Shown in pieces: positions 1-11,800 of a DNA stretch of 64,000 bases (positions are counted from its first letter, which is position 1; every line of letters starts with the position of its first letter). The notes beneath the pieces were generated by a model. It was given only the letters and a program-made list of their open reading frames with translations. It did not search any database and had not been told where the DNA came from. The position numbers and the translations under genes were made by a program. The DNA comes from Octopus sinensis. Its lineage: Eukaryota. The stretch is from the NCBI RefSeq assembly GCF_006345805.1, contig NC_043013.1, positions 5,766,001-5,830,000 on the forward strand. Reading direction: 5' to 3'.

Positions 1-98
1 GTGTATTGGAAAATGTGTGAAATACTTGGTACAGTTGGGTATATTTGAAAAGGGAAAAGAACGACTTCACTGGTAGTTCTAATTAATTTAATTTTACC

Positions 99-359
99 AT
101 CCTCGCCTGGCCCCCGTGCCGGTGGCACATAAAAAGCGCCATCCGATCGTGGCCGTTTGCCAGCCTCGCCTGGTACCCGTGCAGGTGGCACGTAAAAAGC
201 ACCCACTACACTCTCAGAATGGTTGGCGTTAGGAAGGGCATCCAGCTGTAGAAACACTGCCAGATTTGACTGGGCCTGATGAAGCCTTCTGGCTTCCCAG
301 ACCCCAGTTGAACCGTCCAACCCATGCTAGCATGGAGAACGGACGTTAAATGATGATGA
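99..359 (+). mobile_element. Retroposon 3' segment (family B) with (GAT)n tail
   Basis: ggttggcgttaggaagggcatccagctgtagaaac..ccaacccatgctagcatgg..cgttaaatgatgatgat. Copies at ~2745-2960 (-), 10265-10475 (-), 17265-17410, 26511-26778 (-), 37790-38030, 50781-51150 (-) and 58870-59170. Confidence 0.8.
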
Positions 360-1850
360 TAATTTTATTTCACAGTTTGGTTTGTTGATCTAGTAAGTTC
401 TTTGTTAACTTTTCTGGAGAACTTTCTCGTATTTATGGGAGGCAGTTGTCAAATTGCTCTTCAGGTTGTGTTGAGCTGTGGGCATGCTTGGGGTGGGGTT
501 GGGGTTTGTTAATAAGTGCGAGAGTGAAGGAGACTTGACGAATCAGAGATGCTAGAAAATAGGAATGGTAAAAACAAGACGACTGAGAGTGAAGTTGGGA
601 GGTGGTGGGGTGTTCAAGGATTTATTTATGAAGGGCTTGCAAGTGTCCTCATGTTAGTTCCATTTGAATTGTTGACCTGTGGTGGAAAATATAATTCAAA
701 TTCTCTTAACACTGAATCAACTTGATTTTATAAAGAGAAGCTTCAGTAATTTTCTGTTAAAGCTGAGATTAGGTGATAAAAAGGGTATGATAGCAGAGGA
801 GATAGAAAAGAAAAAGAGGTTAGACCTGGAATGTTTGTTGATAGAAATGTACTTTTTTATATTTATATTTTGGGAGGGGAGGAGGGGGAGAGATCATGCT
901 AGCTCACATATTTACTTCCCTACATAAACTCAAACAAAAAATATACATACACAGTGGCTGTGTGGTAAGAACCTTGCTTCCCAACCACATGATTCTGGGT
1001 TCAGTCCCACTGCATGACACCTTGGGCAAATGTCTTCTACTATAGCCTTGGGTTAACCAAAACCTTGTGAGTAGATTTGGTAGATGGAAACTGAAAGAAG
1101 CCTGTCGTATATGTATGCATTTGTGTGTCTGTGTTGGTCCCCCGACCATCGACAACCAATGCTGGTGTGTTTATGTCCCTGTAACCTAGCGGTTCGGTAA
1201 AAAAGGCCAATAGAATAAGTACTATGTCCTGGGGGTCCATTTGTTCAACTAAAGGCAGTGCCCCAGCACAACTACATTCAAATGACTGAAATGAGAAATA
1301 TATATATATATATACACACATACATCATGCATGTGCTGTCAGTAATTACTCAGGGTAGGCAGTTGGCAACCTTTATGTAGTAAAACACGGCACACAACTG
1401 AGTAAAAGGCAGATCTATTTCTGCTTTCATAACACGTAAAGAAAACGGTGTTGTAGAAGTGTACGCAGCTCGTGCACTACAGCAGTACTATGCGTAGTTT
1501 AAATACTGAGATTGAAAAGTAGGGGCGAATTATGGCCACCTAATCTACAAAGAAACAAATAAAATATTTTGCATTTAATGCATAGTAATCAGACAAACCT
1601 TCATAATTTTATTGAATTTGGTGCATATTTTACCATGAGAGGAAAATGTTGCTATTAATCTATTTTATTCAAGGCAGGCATAACCTACCTAGGTGGCACA
1701 TCCCTGATATATATATACACATGCACAAACACATATGCATACATATATACACACATACCCATACACATATTTTCTAGCTCATACAAACCCATGTATTTGT
1801 ACATGCATACGTCCACACACATGTATCTATGCTACCCAAGTTAACATGTA

Positions 1851-2235
1851 CTGGGTTGTCCGGAAAGTTCGTGCCGATTTTTAAAGGAAAGAAAAAGGTC
1901 AATAAATACATGCGATTACATTTTTAATCAACCAAATATGAACCATTTTGTTGCACAATGTGTCTCCATCTTTCCTTTAACTTGAAAATACCCTCTTCCT
2001 AGATTTGAGGTGGTTTCATAGCAAAGAATTCATCAAGGTATCATGTTATACCATCCAAGGAATTGAAATGTTTACCATTAAGACTATTATGCAGAGACCT
2101 GAATAAGTGGAAATCCGAAGGAGCAATATGGAGGGTGGGGTAACACATCTCAGCCAAGCTGCAGCAATTTTTGTCTGGTTCCCAAAGCATCAAGTGCCGA
2201 AAATGAACTTTCTTATCTTCCATTTTAAAGGGTTA
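1851..2235 (-). mobile_element. Internally deleted mariner element
   Basis: TIR ctgggttgtccggaaagttcgtgccgattt after TA; MEDKKVHFRHLML start fused to the IAPSDFHLFRSL region; highly similar to the 3' half of the 51-52 kb copy. Confidence 0.9.
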
Positions 2236-2335
2236 CAAACCTGCCTGATGCAGACCCTGAATTTAGGATGTAAAACTGCTTTAGAAAATCTTGATTGAAT
2301 CTGCAAAAATTGTAAGTTTGAATAAAATGCTTTAA

Positions 2336-2546
2336 CCCTTTCATTACTGTATTTATTTTGAGATGCTCTGTGTTTCTTTCAATTACTTTAAATATAACAA
2401 AGAATTTAGTAAAATAACTTAGTTATCATTCAGATAGTGTTAGGAATATAAACTGTGACTAAGGTTTGGTGGAAGGTTTTAATTCAGAACTTATGAAAAC
2501 AAGACATTTGTACTCAAGAGCCAGAACCGGGTTGGTAACGAAAGGG
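2336..2546 (+). mobile_element. piggyBac-like MITE family D (~220 bp)
   Basis: TTAA|CCCTTTC..GAAAGGG|TTAA. Close copies at 22787-23006, 23258-23478, 25502-25721 (-), ~31515-31715 (-), ~32572-32790 and ~18001-18195 (-). Confidence 0.85.
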
Positions 2547-2550
2547 TTAA

Positions 2551-2700
2551 CCCCTTAGCATTCACCTTATTTTGTCAAAAGTAAAACTTAGTCTTAACCG
2601 TGCATTATTTTAACTGAGAGATTGTATGAGGTGACTTTTTTGAATGACAATGCAGGGCTGGTGTAAGGGGCCAGATCTGGCCAGTTTGAATGCTAAAGAG
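2551..2700 (+). mobile_element. piggyBac-like MITE family E (CCCTTTAGCATT termini), sharing a TTAA with the adjacent D copy
   Basis: Related copies at ~6270-6442, ~9435-9640, ~9925-10140, 25413-25757, 26353-26792, ~31315-31730, ~32792-33011 and ~40091-40293. Confidence 0.75.
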
Positions 2701-5079
2701 TTAAATAAATAAATAAACTTTGTTTCAAATTAGATATTTTAGTATCATCATTTAACAACTGTTTTCCATGCTGGCATGGGTTGGATGGTTTGACTGAAAA
2801 CTGGTAAACTGCTCCAGGTTCCAATCTGATTTGGTAAAGTTTCTACAGCTGGATGACCTTCCTAACGCCAACCACTTCAGAAGTGTTGTGGGTGACTTTT
2901 ATGTGCCACTGGCATGGATGCATTGACCTGACAGCAACATCGGCCATGACCACAGTCTTGCTTATATATATCTCACTGTATATCGCCAAAGATCTTGAGT
3001 ATGAAATTTGCTTATGATAAATGAAAACTGATCTGATCCTTGGCAACCAAAGCCTTATAAGTGGACTAGATAACTGGAAACTGAATGAAGCCTGTAATAT
3101 TTGTGTATGTATGCATGCTTGTCTCCCCATCTTCACACTGTGTTTTCCTGTTATACAAGCAGTGTCATTCATTTCCAATATTCTGCAAAGCATGTTTGGC
3201 TATGGGGAAATACCAACTTAAAAAAGTGAGGATTGGCACTCGGAAGGGCATCCAGCCCAAGAAAACCTGCCTCAATAAGCATGGAAAATGGGTTAACACA
3301 ATAGTAACGATAATTTAAATTGCAGTTAGTTGGACAGCTTGTAAAATATAAAATCTTAAAAATACATACCTCAAGTACATCATTTGTGAAATCTTTTCCA
3401 ATCTTCATTATCCACCTTATTTCTATAGTTTTAACAATTTTTGAACAGGTTTCAGCCACTGGACTGTGGCAGCACATTTAAGGGTTTAGTTGATCATACT
3501 GACCCTGGTGCTTAGAAAAGAAAGTTACTTTATCAATCTTTATTCAAGAAACTAAATTACAGGTCATTAAAGATAAATACACACACATCGTCATTTTTTG
3601 ACACTTCCACGTTTGCATGGATTAGATGCTGCTCCTATAGGCCTCAGCATGATCTCTTCACCAACCACGGTCTGAAGTGGGAGGCTGTGAATCTGAGCTC
3701 AAGATCATACTGGTAGAATTTATAGCATACCAAGCAAAATGCTTAGCGGCACTTTATCCAACCTTACATTCTGAGATCCATAAGATAAGCACCTTGCACT
3801 GGGGATGAGGCTCACCAAACCAGTATGAACCCATCCCTATCATCATTTCTAATATTTTCCTTAATCTTTTGAACCACAAACTGAAGGGCTGAACATAGTT
3901 CCATATACTTGGTCATTTGCATCACACTGACACTTGATACCAAGACAAGAGGTAAAACAAACACACACAAGGCTTCCTCCAGTTTCCACCAATCAAATTA
4001 TTCTCACAAAGTATTGATCCACCTGTGATGGTAGCAGAAGACGCCAGTCAACAGTGTCCCCATGGTGGGTGAGAATGAACCCATAAACACATGGTCATGT
4101 TTGCAACAATTATTAAAGTCTGATGCTCAACCAACTGAGCCAGGTAGCTATCATCATCATCATCATCATTTACCATCCGTTGTCCATGCTGGAAGGCTGC
4201 ACCAGACTCCAGTCTGGTTTTCTACAGCTGGAGGCCCTTCTTAATGCCATGATTGTGATTTTGCTTGGCTTGGCGGGTCTTCTCAAGCATGACACAATGG
4301 CAAAGGTTTTGGTCATTGTCTCCGTGAGACCCAACACTCAAAAGGAACCCGGCCATTTTGCCTCCACAAGGCCCAATATGTGTTTTTGCACCTCACTACT
4401 TTTTGACAACTGGTGTTTTTATGTGCCCATGACCTAGCAGTTCAACAAAACACACTGATAGAATAAGTACCAGCTTTTAAAAAATAAGTACTCATTTGAC
4501 TAAAATTCTTTAAAGGTGGTGCCCCAGCTTGGTCGTACTCAAATGACTGGCACAAGTAAACAATGTACACCAATGCTAAACACATTTTTTAAATAACCCT
4601 TTCTACCGTAAGGCACAAGGCCTGACATTTTGGAGGAGGAGGTAAGTCAATTATAGTGATCCCAACACTCAACCGAAACTTGTTTCATTGACCCCAAAAG
4701 GATAAAAGGCAAAAGTTGACCATGGCAGAATTCGAACTCAGACCACAAAGATGAGCATAATGCTGCCATGCATTTTGCTAGTTTACTGCTTTAATAACAC
4801 CCCTTTTTACTAAAGGCACAAGGTCTGAAATTTCAAGGGAGGGGACGAGTTGGCTACACTGACCCCTGTGTTTCACTGGCACTTAACTTATCAACCCCAA
4901 AAGGATGAATGGCAAAATAATAATCCATTCTATTATAGGCATAAGACCTGAAATTTGGGGGTAGAGGAACAGTCGATTACATTGACCCCCAGTACTCAAA
5001 TGGTACTTAATTTACTGACCCTGAAAGGATGAAAGGCAAACTTGACCATAGCAGAATAATAATAATAATAGAGAAGACA

Positions 5080-5475
5080 AAGAGCACGATGTGATTGCTA
5101 TTGGTTAAATGATATTTCGACAGCAAGTCTTTCTTTGTTGAGTTCAAAATAAAAAGTGATAAAAATTCAAATCTAAAGTATGAACGAGGGCAACCAGTGT
5201 CCACGTGTTGATGGAATGATATAACTTTTGTAACTGATAGAAATGTCAATTTAATTTTTGATTTGCATTTAAATGGTACAAAATCCATAGGCTCAGGATT
5301 AGGCTCTAGCAAAACTAACAGGGCCGACAACCAATAAAATATGAATTGCAATTGCATTGTTCTCTTCATCTTGTATGTTGTTTTCAATAATTATTAAAAA
5401 GAAAAAAAAAAATCATTTTCAATTGGTAAATTGCATTTTTTCCGCGGGTAGCTGGTCATCTTTAATCTTCAACTT
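5080..5475. pseudogene. Degraded, rearranged partial duplicate of PA2G4 exon 8 / intron 8 / exon 9
   Basis: 5080-5103 (+) matches exon 8 sense at 20/24; 5413-5441 matches exon 9 (16033-16061) at 26/29; intron-8-like patches lie between. Confidence 0.65.
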
Positions 5476-6869
5476 GTTTCAGTCATTAGACAGTGGCCAT
5501 ACTTGGGCATTGCCTCGAAGAATGTTTAACAAATCCCAGTGACTCTCTCGTGTCATGGCATACTCATGCTGTTGACAAATCGTGACTTGTTCCTACTCCA
5601 TTTATTTCTGTCTCTTGCAACATCACCCAGACCTTTCTCACTCTGCATGTTCATTCTCTTCATCCAGCTGAACACCATCATTCTCTGCATTCCCACCATG
5701 TAACACTCCATTCTGTCATCCTGACAAAATGACCAGCAAATCTCCACTGTCTCCACTTTCAACACTTCCACAATCATCAACCACTGTAGTCACGAGACTC
5801 TATATTTTTCGTAAAAGTCTGGTACTTATTCTATCAGTGTCTTTTGCTGAAGTGCTAAGTTATGGGGACATTAAGACACCCACACCAGTTGTCAAGTAGA
5901 TGTGGTGGGAACAAACACGCATTTGCAACAGGCTTCTCTTAGTTTCTGTCTATTAAATCCACTTACAAGTCTTTGGCCATCCCAAGGTGCCATGCAGTGG
6001 TTGAACCCAGAATCATGAGATTGGAAAGCAAGCTTCTTACCACAACCTTTTTTTTGTATGTATGTACCTGACAGTCTTCCTTAAAGTTCCCAGCAATCCA
6101 GTTTTCCTTACCAGGCATTGGGTAATTCGATGTTACAGTAAAAGAAACCACTTAGTTATGAGAGCAAACTTGTTAAGTACACAATCAAATCTACCTGAGA
6201 ACCTGCCCATCACTTGACAGGGTCGTCTGCAAATTCTGTCAGACCCATGAGAGAAAGAACTGGACCATAACACTTTTGCATTGAAATCAGACTTATCTAG
6301 TCTCTTACACTTACTCAACAATGTCATTCTAAAAATAAACAATCACATCATTGAAATCTCGAACCTACAAGATAATGCATGATTAATTTAAAACCGAATA
6401 GAGAAGCATTACATTTGAGAGAGTAATCTGAATGTTAAAGGGTTAAAATGAGGATGATGATAAATAATGATAATGAAATTATTGTGTATTATACTCAGGT
6501 GCACTACAACTCATCAAAGGTGCAGGTACAGTACATAGAATTATGTACAAAATTCAGGAAAGTGAACAGTGTATCAGTCATGATATACATGTGTGCATCA
6601 TAATGAATAATTCACTCAACAAAGATTGATGGATATAAAAACAGGAATATATATAATTGGAAATTTTTTTTACCCAGTGACTGAGTCAGGTGTCACATTG
6701 GATATTTGTTGGATTACCTTGAAGTAGGGAGAATACAAGCAAGAAAAAGAAAACAAACAATAAATCTCAATAAAACATAAAAAACATGTGAGTCTCAGTG
6801 AGAGAAATCAAAGTAGACAGGCATCAATAATACATTCAAGCTATGACCAGTTACTACCGTCCACAGCTG

Positions 6870-6875
6870 TTTATT
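6870..6875 (-). terminator. Candidate PA2G4 polyadenylation signal AATAAA
   Basis: First minus-strand AATAAA I found after the stop; U/GU-rich sequence follows downstream; implies a ~1.9 kb 3'UTR. Confidence 0.45.
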
Positions 6876-8270
6876 GTGATCCAAAATGAACCTGAGTCTC
6901 ACCCACGGCACTCCCTGGAAAGAATTAACTGTGAGAAGCTCTTGTCAAAAAACTTCCACATAACAATGCCTCCACATATTCCAACAAATAACAGTTTTAC
7001 TTGCTAAAAAGTCACTGGACAGAACAGTTTCTAAAAGTTGATTCCATTGCAAAGAAATGTGGTTTGTCTTTTGGAGTTTTTTTTCCCCCTTTCCTTTTAG
7101 AAAAGAAAAAGAAATTTGAAAGAAAAAAAAGGCTCTTTTTCTCTTTTATAAAATTCTAATAATTGTGTGCAAAATTGGCATTTTTTGTTTTGTTTTTTTT
7201 CCCCCTTTTTGGTGTTGTTTGTAAAATATTAGCAAAGATTTGAAAGTTTTTTTATGGAATTTTACTGCAAGAAGAAAGAAAGAAAAAAGGTTCCTTACAG
7301 ACCTGAATAAAACATAAAAACTAAAAATGAATATATAAAGAAAAAAAGTAGAAACTGTATTTCTTAAATGACCAAAAACGAAAGCAGAGTTTAGGACACA
7401 CGGATAATGAAAGGACAGCTTCACAAGTTTAGAAATAACGAAAAGTTAAATCTATTTAACCAGACCAATTTTCCAGAACTAGGAAGAAGGGGGAAAAAAG
7501 ATTTATCACAGCAGGTTAATTTTGAGTTCGTAAACATATCTCGAGGTAAGAGAAGCTGGAGAAACAGCAAAAGATTGGTAATTAATATTTTAAAGCAATT
7601 GACGGTTAACTGCTAATCACCAATATGCTTATGCTGTTTGTCAAGCAAGTATATTCTAGCAAAATATATACTTATCACCATACCCAGATATTTTTAAAAC
7701 ATCAACACCCCTTTTTGTTTGGTCCTCATTACAAATTCCTCGTATGCGTCTCTTTTGGAAGATATTCGTTAAAGCTAACCATCCCACGAACCAAAATGTA
7801 TTTTAGGTCAATGCTCTTATCTCCTGCTTTTCTGTTGGCATTCAAACTGATGAGATGCACTCACCCAAAGATAAGACATGAGTCTTTTTCTGAGCAACTT
7901 TACCCATTTTCCAGCTGAGTAAATAAAGACAAATTCTCCACAGATATCTTATTCAGGTGCAGAAAGCAAAGGAGATGCAAATTCCTGGCTAATTTCTTCA
8001 GAAGATTGGTTCATCTGATCTTTTAATCAACTCAACCTTGGTTACCCTTGGAATCATTGTAATTAATGGTTTAATAAGCTATTTATAGAATCCACAAGTA
8101 AATTTAATTTTCTGAAAGATTTAATGCTTTGATATTGTTTTGTTTCCTCTCCCTTTTTTTCAAATTAAATTTACAATATTTTAAGTGGAACCAAAAAATT
8201 ATAAAAATAAAAAAGCTAGTTAAGCTTGAGCCTGTTTTCTGTGATAACTGTTGAATAGCAGCTATATATA

Positions 8271-8301
<31 letters not shown>

Positions 8302-8515
8302 GTGTATGTATATGTATATATACACACACACACATATATATATTATATATATATACGTGCATATACATATGCATAAAAAAATAAAATATGTAAAATGGAC
8401 TAGTATGACAAAAAAAGAAGAAAAAAAAGCTTCTTGTCTATGATTTTCCAAGTGACATTTCTTTAAAATTACTCAGCTTTTAACATAAATTGTCCACTTT
8501 TAGACATTGGGAATC

Positions 8516-8573
8516 AGAGAGAGAGAGAGAGAGAGAGAGCTGTAAATAGAGAGAAAGAGAGAGAGAGAGAGAG
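8516..8573. repeat. (AG)n microsatellite in the predicted 3'UTR
   Basis: Visible repeat. Also (TA)n at ~17207-17250, 45530-45578 and 61965-62013, and (ATT)n at 61504-61560. Confidence 0.9.
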
Positions 8574-8736
8574 AAATTGACTGCTTTGAACTGGTAATGG
8601 TGTGGCAAACCAAACCAGTAGCAAGCAGTCTCTTATAAAAAAGCTACATGTCCTTTGAACTACAAGCCAGCAGCAAGTAATTTGCTAGAGGCAGATATTC
8701 CAGGCCAAGTACAGTTGGTTCACCATCAGTTTATCA

Positions 8737-8853
8737 TCAATGGACCTTCCCTTCACATTTTTGGATGGCATCTGCATTCTCAGCCATCATTCGGTCGGCT
8801 TTTTTCTTCTTCTTCTTTACACATTTCCGTTCAGCTGAACTTGCTAAAAGAGC
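8737..8853 (-). CDS. PA2G4: PA2G4 exon 13, last coding exon ([38 protein letters not shown])
   Basis: tttcAG acceptor; Lys-rich tail; TGA stop at 8739-8737. Confidence 0.92.
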   Translation of the reverse strand, partial: ALLASSAERKCVKKKKKKADRMMAENADAIQKCEGKVH

Positions 8854-11800
8854 CTGAAATGGAAGGATAAACAACTCTTGATGAACGAGTGGTTTGGAAG
8901 AGGGAAAGAATTCAAGTTTCAGCATGATGCTCTTCCAGTGACCTAAACCTCACCCGTTTCCAAGCAAAGTCACAAATGCCCATGGCCAGACAGGTTCCCA
9001 CAGAATATTGGAAATGAACAACATTGCTTTTATGGCTGTGGCAATCACTTACAACCACCACACATTGTCTAGACAATGAGATACACAAACACACACACTC
9101 AAATCCACTCTCTATCTTTGGTTGGATCAGAGGTATAGTAGAAAACACTTGCCCAAGGTGTCATGCAATGGAACTGAACCTAGAACCATGTGGTAGGGAA
9201 GCGAGCATCTTACCACACAGCCACACCTGAATTAAACAGGCTTGTAACCATGTTGGTAATAACAAAAATATTCATCTCCACTTCAAACATTGGAACAAAA
9301 ATAAAACAAAACTATGAGCTGTTGAAAATTTCATCTTTATAAACATATTTAGGTAGAAATAACTTTATTTTGTAGCTTTGAGATTTTGTTAATGTAATTA
9401 TTTTTAGAATGACATTGTCAGATAGGTATAGACATGGCATTTAAACCAGCCGAAATATTCTACTTGTTTAATGCTCAAACAGGCCATATCTGGTCTGTTA
9501 CACCTACCCAACAATGTCATACTAACAGTATTTCACATCATTGAAATCTCAAAACTAGAAGATAATGTATGATTAATTGAAGAGAATGTTAATAAACGAG
9601 CATTTCATTTAGAAGAAGAATCTGAAATGCTAAACGAGTTAATTAAACAGGTCAGGATCAGGCCAATCATTTCAAGTTTGGAAACAGACATCTGAAGTTA
9701 CATTCTCATTTCACAGTTGGCTAGCTGGATACCTGTTAACGAACTGATTGGGTAACCTGCTTCTTGGCTAGCCAAACATTAATAATATACCTAAACAGAA
9801 CAGTAACAACACAAATACAAGACCTAGCTGTAGCTAACTCAGCCTTTTGATTTTTACTTGCCTGCCATCACCACTAGTTCTAATATAAACTTTTAATTGT
9901 AATACAACATTCCAGTTCTCTTTCGCTTTTAAACTGGCTATAATCTGGCTTGAATATGTTACTTGTTTTATGTACTAACCAGCCAGATCCTGCCTATCAC
10001 ACATACCCTTCAGTACCACTATAAAATATACAATCACATCATCAAAACTTCAAAGCTACAAAAGAATGAATGATTAATTCAAAACAATATGAATTTTAAA
10101 AATTCCTTATATCTGACAGAATAATCTGAATGCTAAAAGGATAATAACGACAAAGCTATTCTATTAAATTCTTCGTTATTTTGAAAATTAATTGAAATAT
10201 AAACCCATGTTGGATGCTAAACAGTCCAATACAGTGAATTGTCATCTCCTCCTCCTCCTCCTCCTCATCACCGTCGTTTAACATTCACTTCCCATGCTGG
10301 CATGGGCTGGATGGTTTGAATGAGGACTGGTGAGCCTGAGAGCTGCACCAGGCTCCAATCTGACCTGGCAGTCTCTACAGCTGGTTGCCCTTCCTAACGC
10401 CAGCCACTCTGGGAGTGTAGTGGATGCTTTTATGTGCCACTGGCACGACGGCCAGTCGGGCAACGACCATATCAAACCAATATAAACCAAATATAAAAAA
10501 AAAAACAAAAAACCCCACCATAACAGAGACTGCAGATTACTCACCTTCAACTTTTCATCAGTTACTGAATGTTCTGATTCATAAATAGAGCTATCAAAAG
10601 GCGGGTTGGTGATTTTCAATGGTCCGTTTGGCATTAATATTATAGTGAATTTAAACTGGGCAACAAACTCTCCTGACAACAAATGAACAGAAAACAAAAA
10701 CAATTTCAATTACAAAAGTTAACTTGAAGTTCCATGTCAGGCAGTGATGGGGTCAGTCTAAGAAACTGGATGATCTGCGGCAAAGTCACTATATCGAAAT
10801 AGTCCTTCCCTAATCGTACAATAGAAATATGGCCTCTGCTGCAAGATGCAGAGAGGGCAACCTATATAGGAAAGCCGTAATTTCGAATAAAAACTGTGAT
10901 AGTGTTGCGCAAAGGTAGCAGGGTATTCAGTTGTGAAAATCTGGCTCAAAGTGAAAGTAATAGATGGAAGAAATGTGAAATATTAAAAATTGTTTAGTCT
11001 TGTTAGAGAAAACTTCTCTAATGCCAGAGACAGGCTAAGATATACCACAGCCAAAGCCATAAAATAGATGGAGACAGGAAGTGCTTACAAGTCTAAAAAT
11101 CTAATAAAAAATAAATTATTATGCCAGAGTGGAAAACCCTGCTTTCTATACTATATACTATAACATTCAGTTGGATGGTTTCAATGGCTGGATGCCATTC
11201 CTACTTCCAAACACTTCGCAGAGTGTATTGGGTACTCTTTACATGGCCCTGGCACCATCGAGGTCACCAAGTAACTTGCAAGACAAGTTTGCTTGACAGA
11301 GCAGCGGCTGCAGTTTTAAGAGAGCTGGCTCTGTGTCGGGTGTTGAGAGACCAAAAGTATTATAAAGAGAGGGGAACAGGTGTCTTGCTGCAGGAGATAA
11401 ATGGCTACCACAGCTGAATGGTAAAGGTTTAAACCCTTTAGCATCTAAATTACTCTGGTGACTAGACTGCCATAATGGAGTCCTGAAAATATTGGTAATT
11501 ATAGAAGAATCAACCTCCATCTCAAATGTTGAAAAAAAAAAAAAAAATCAAATGTTAAAATTTCACAATATTAACAATCACAATTAGGTTGAAATGGCTT
11601 TATCTCACATTATCTTGAAGCTAAAGGATTTTTATGATGTGATACTTTAATTTTAGAATATTGCAGCGTGGATATGGGAGGCCAGTTATGATCAGAAAAC
11701 AGGTAGCACCTGGTCCAGATACAACTGATTTATATGCTGAACAGTTGAGGCAAAATCTGAGAAGTTTGTATTCAATAATACGAAATTTAACCAGTTCTTA

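Noticed and set aside
904-1321. Recurrent ORFs such as [15 protein letters not shown] and [15 protein letters not shown]
   Set aside because: Translations of SINE family A, repeated throughout the window.
7846-7893. CTGATGA...CTGA on the + strand (C/D box or hammerhead-like)
   Set aside because: Too short for a C/D snoRNA, antisense to the gene, and no GAAA/stem arrangement.
11003-11021. tagagaagttttctct resembling a U3 snoRNA segment
   Set aside because: No box A, B, C or D context; just a short palindrome.
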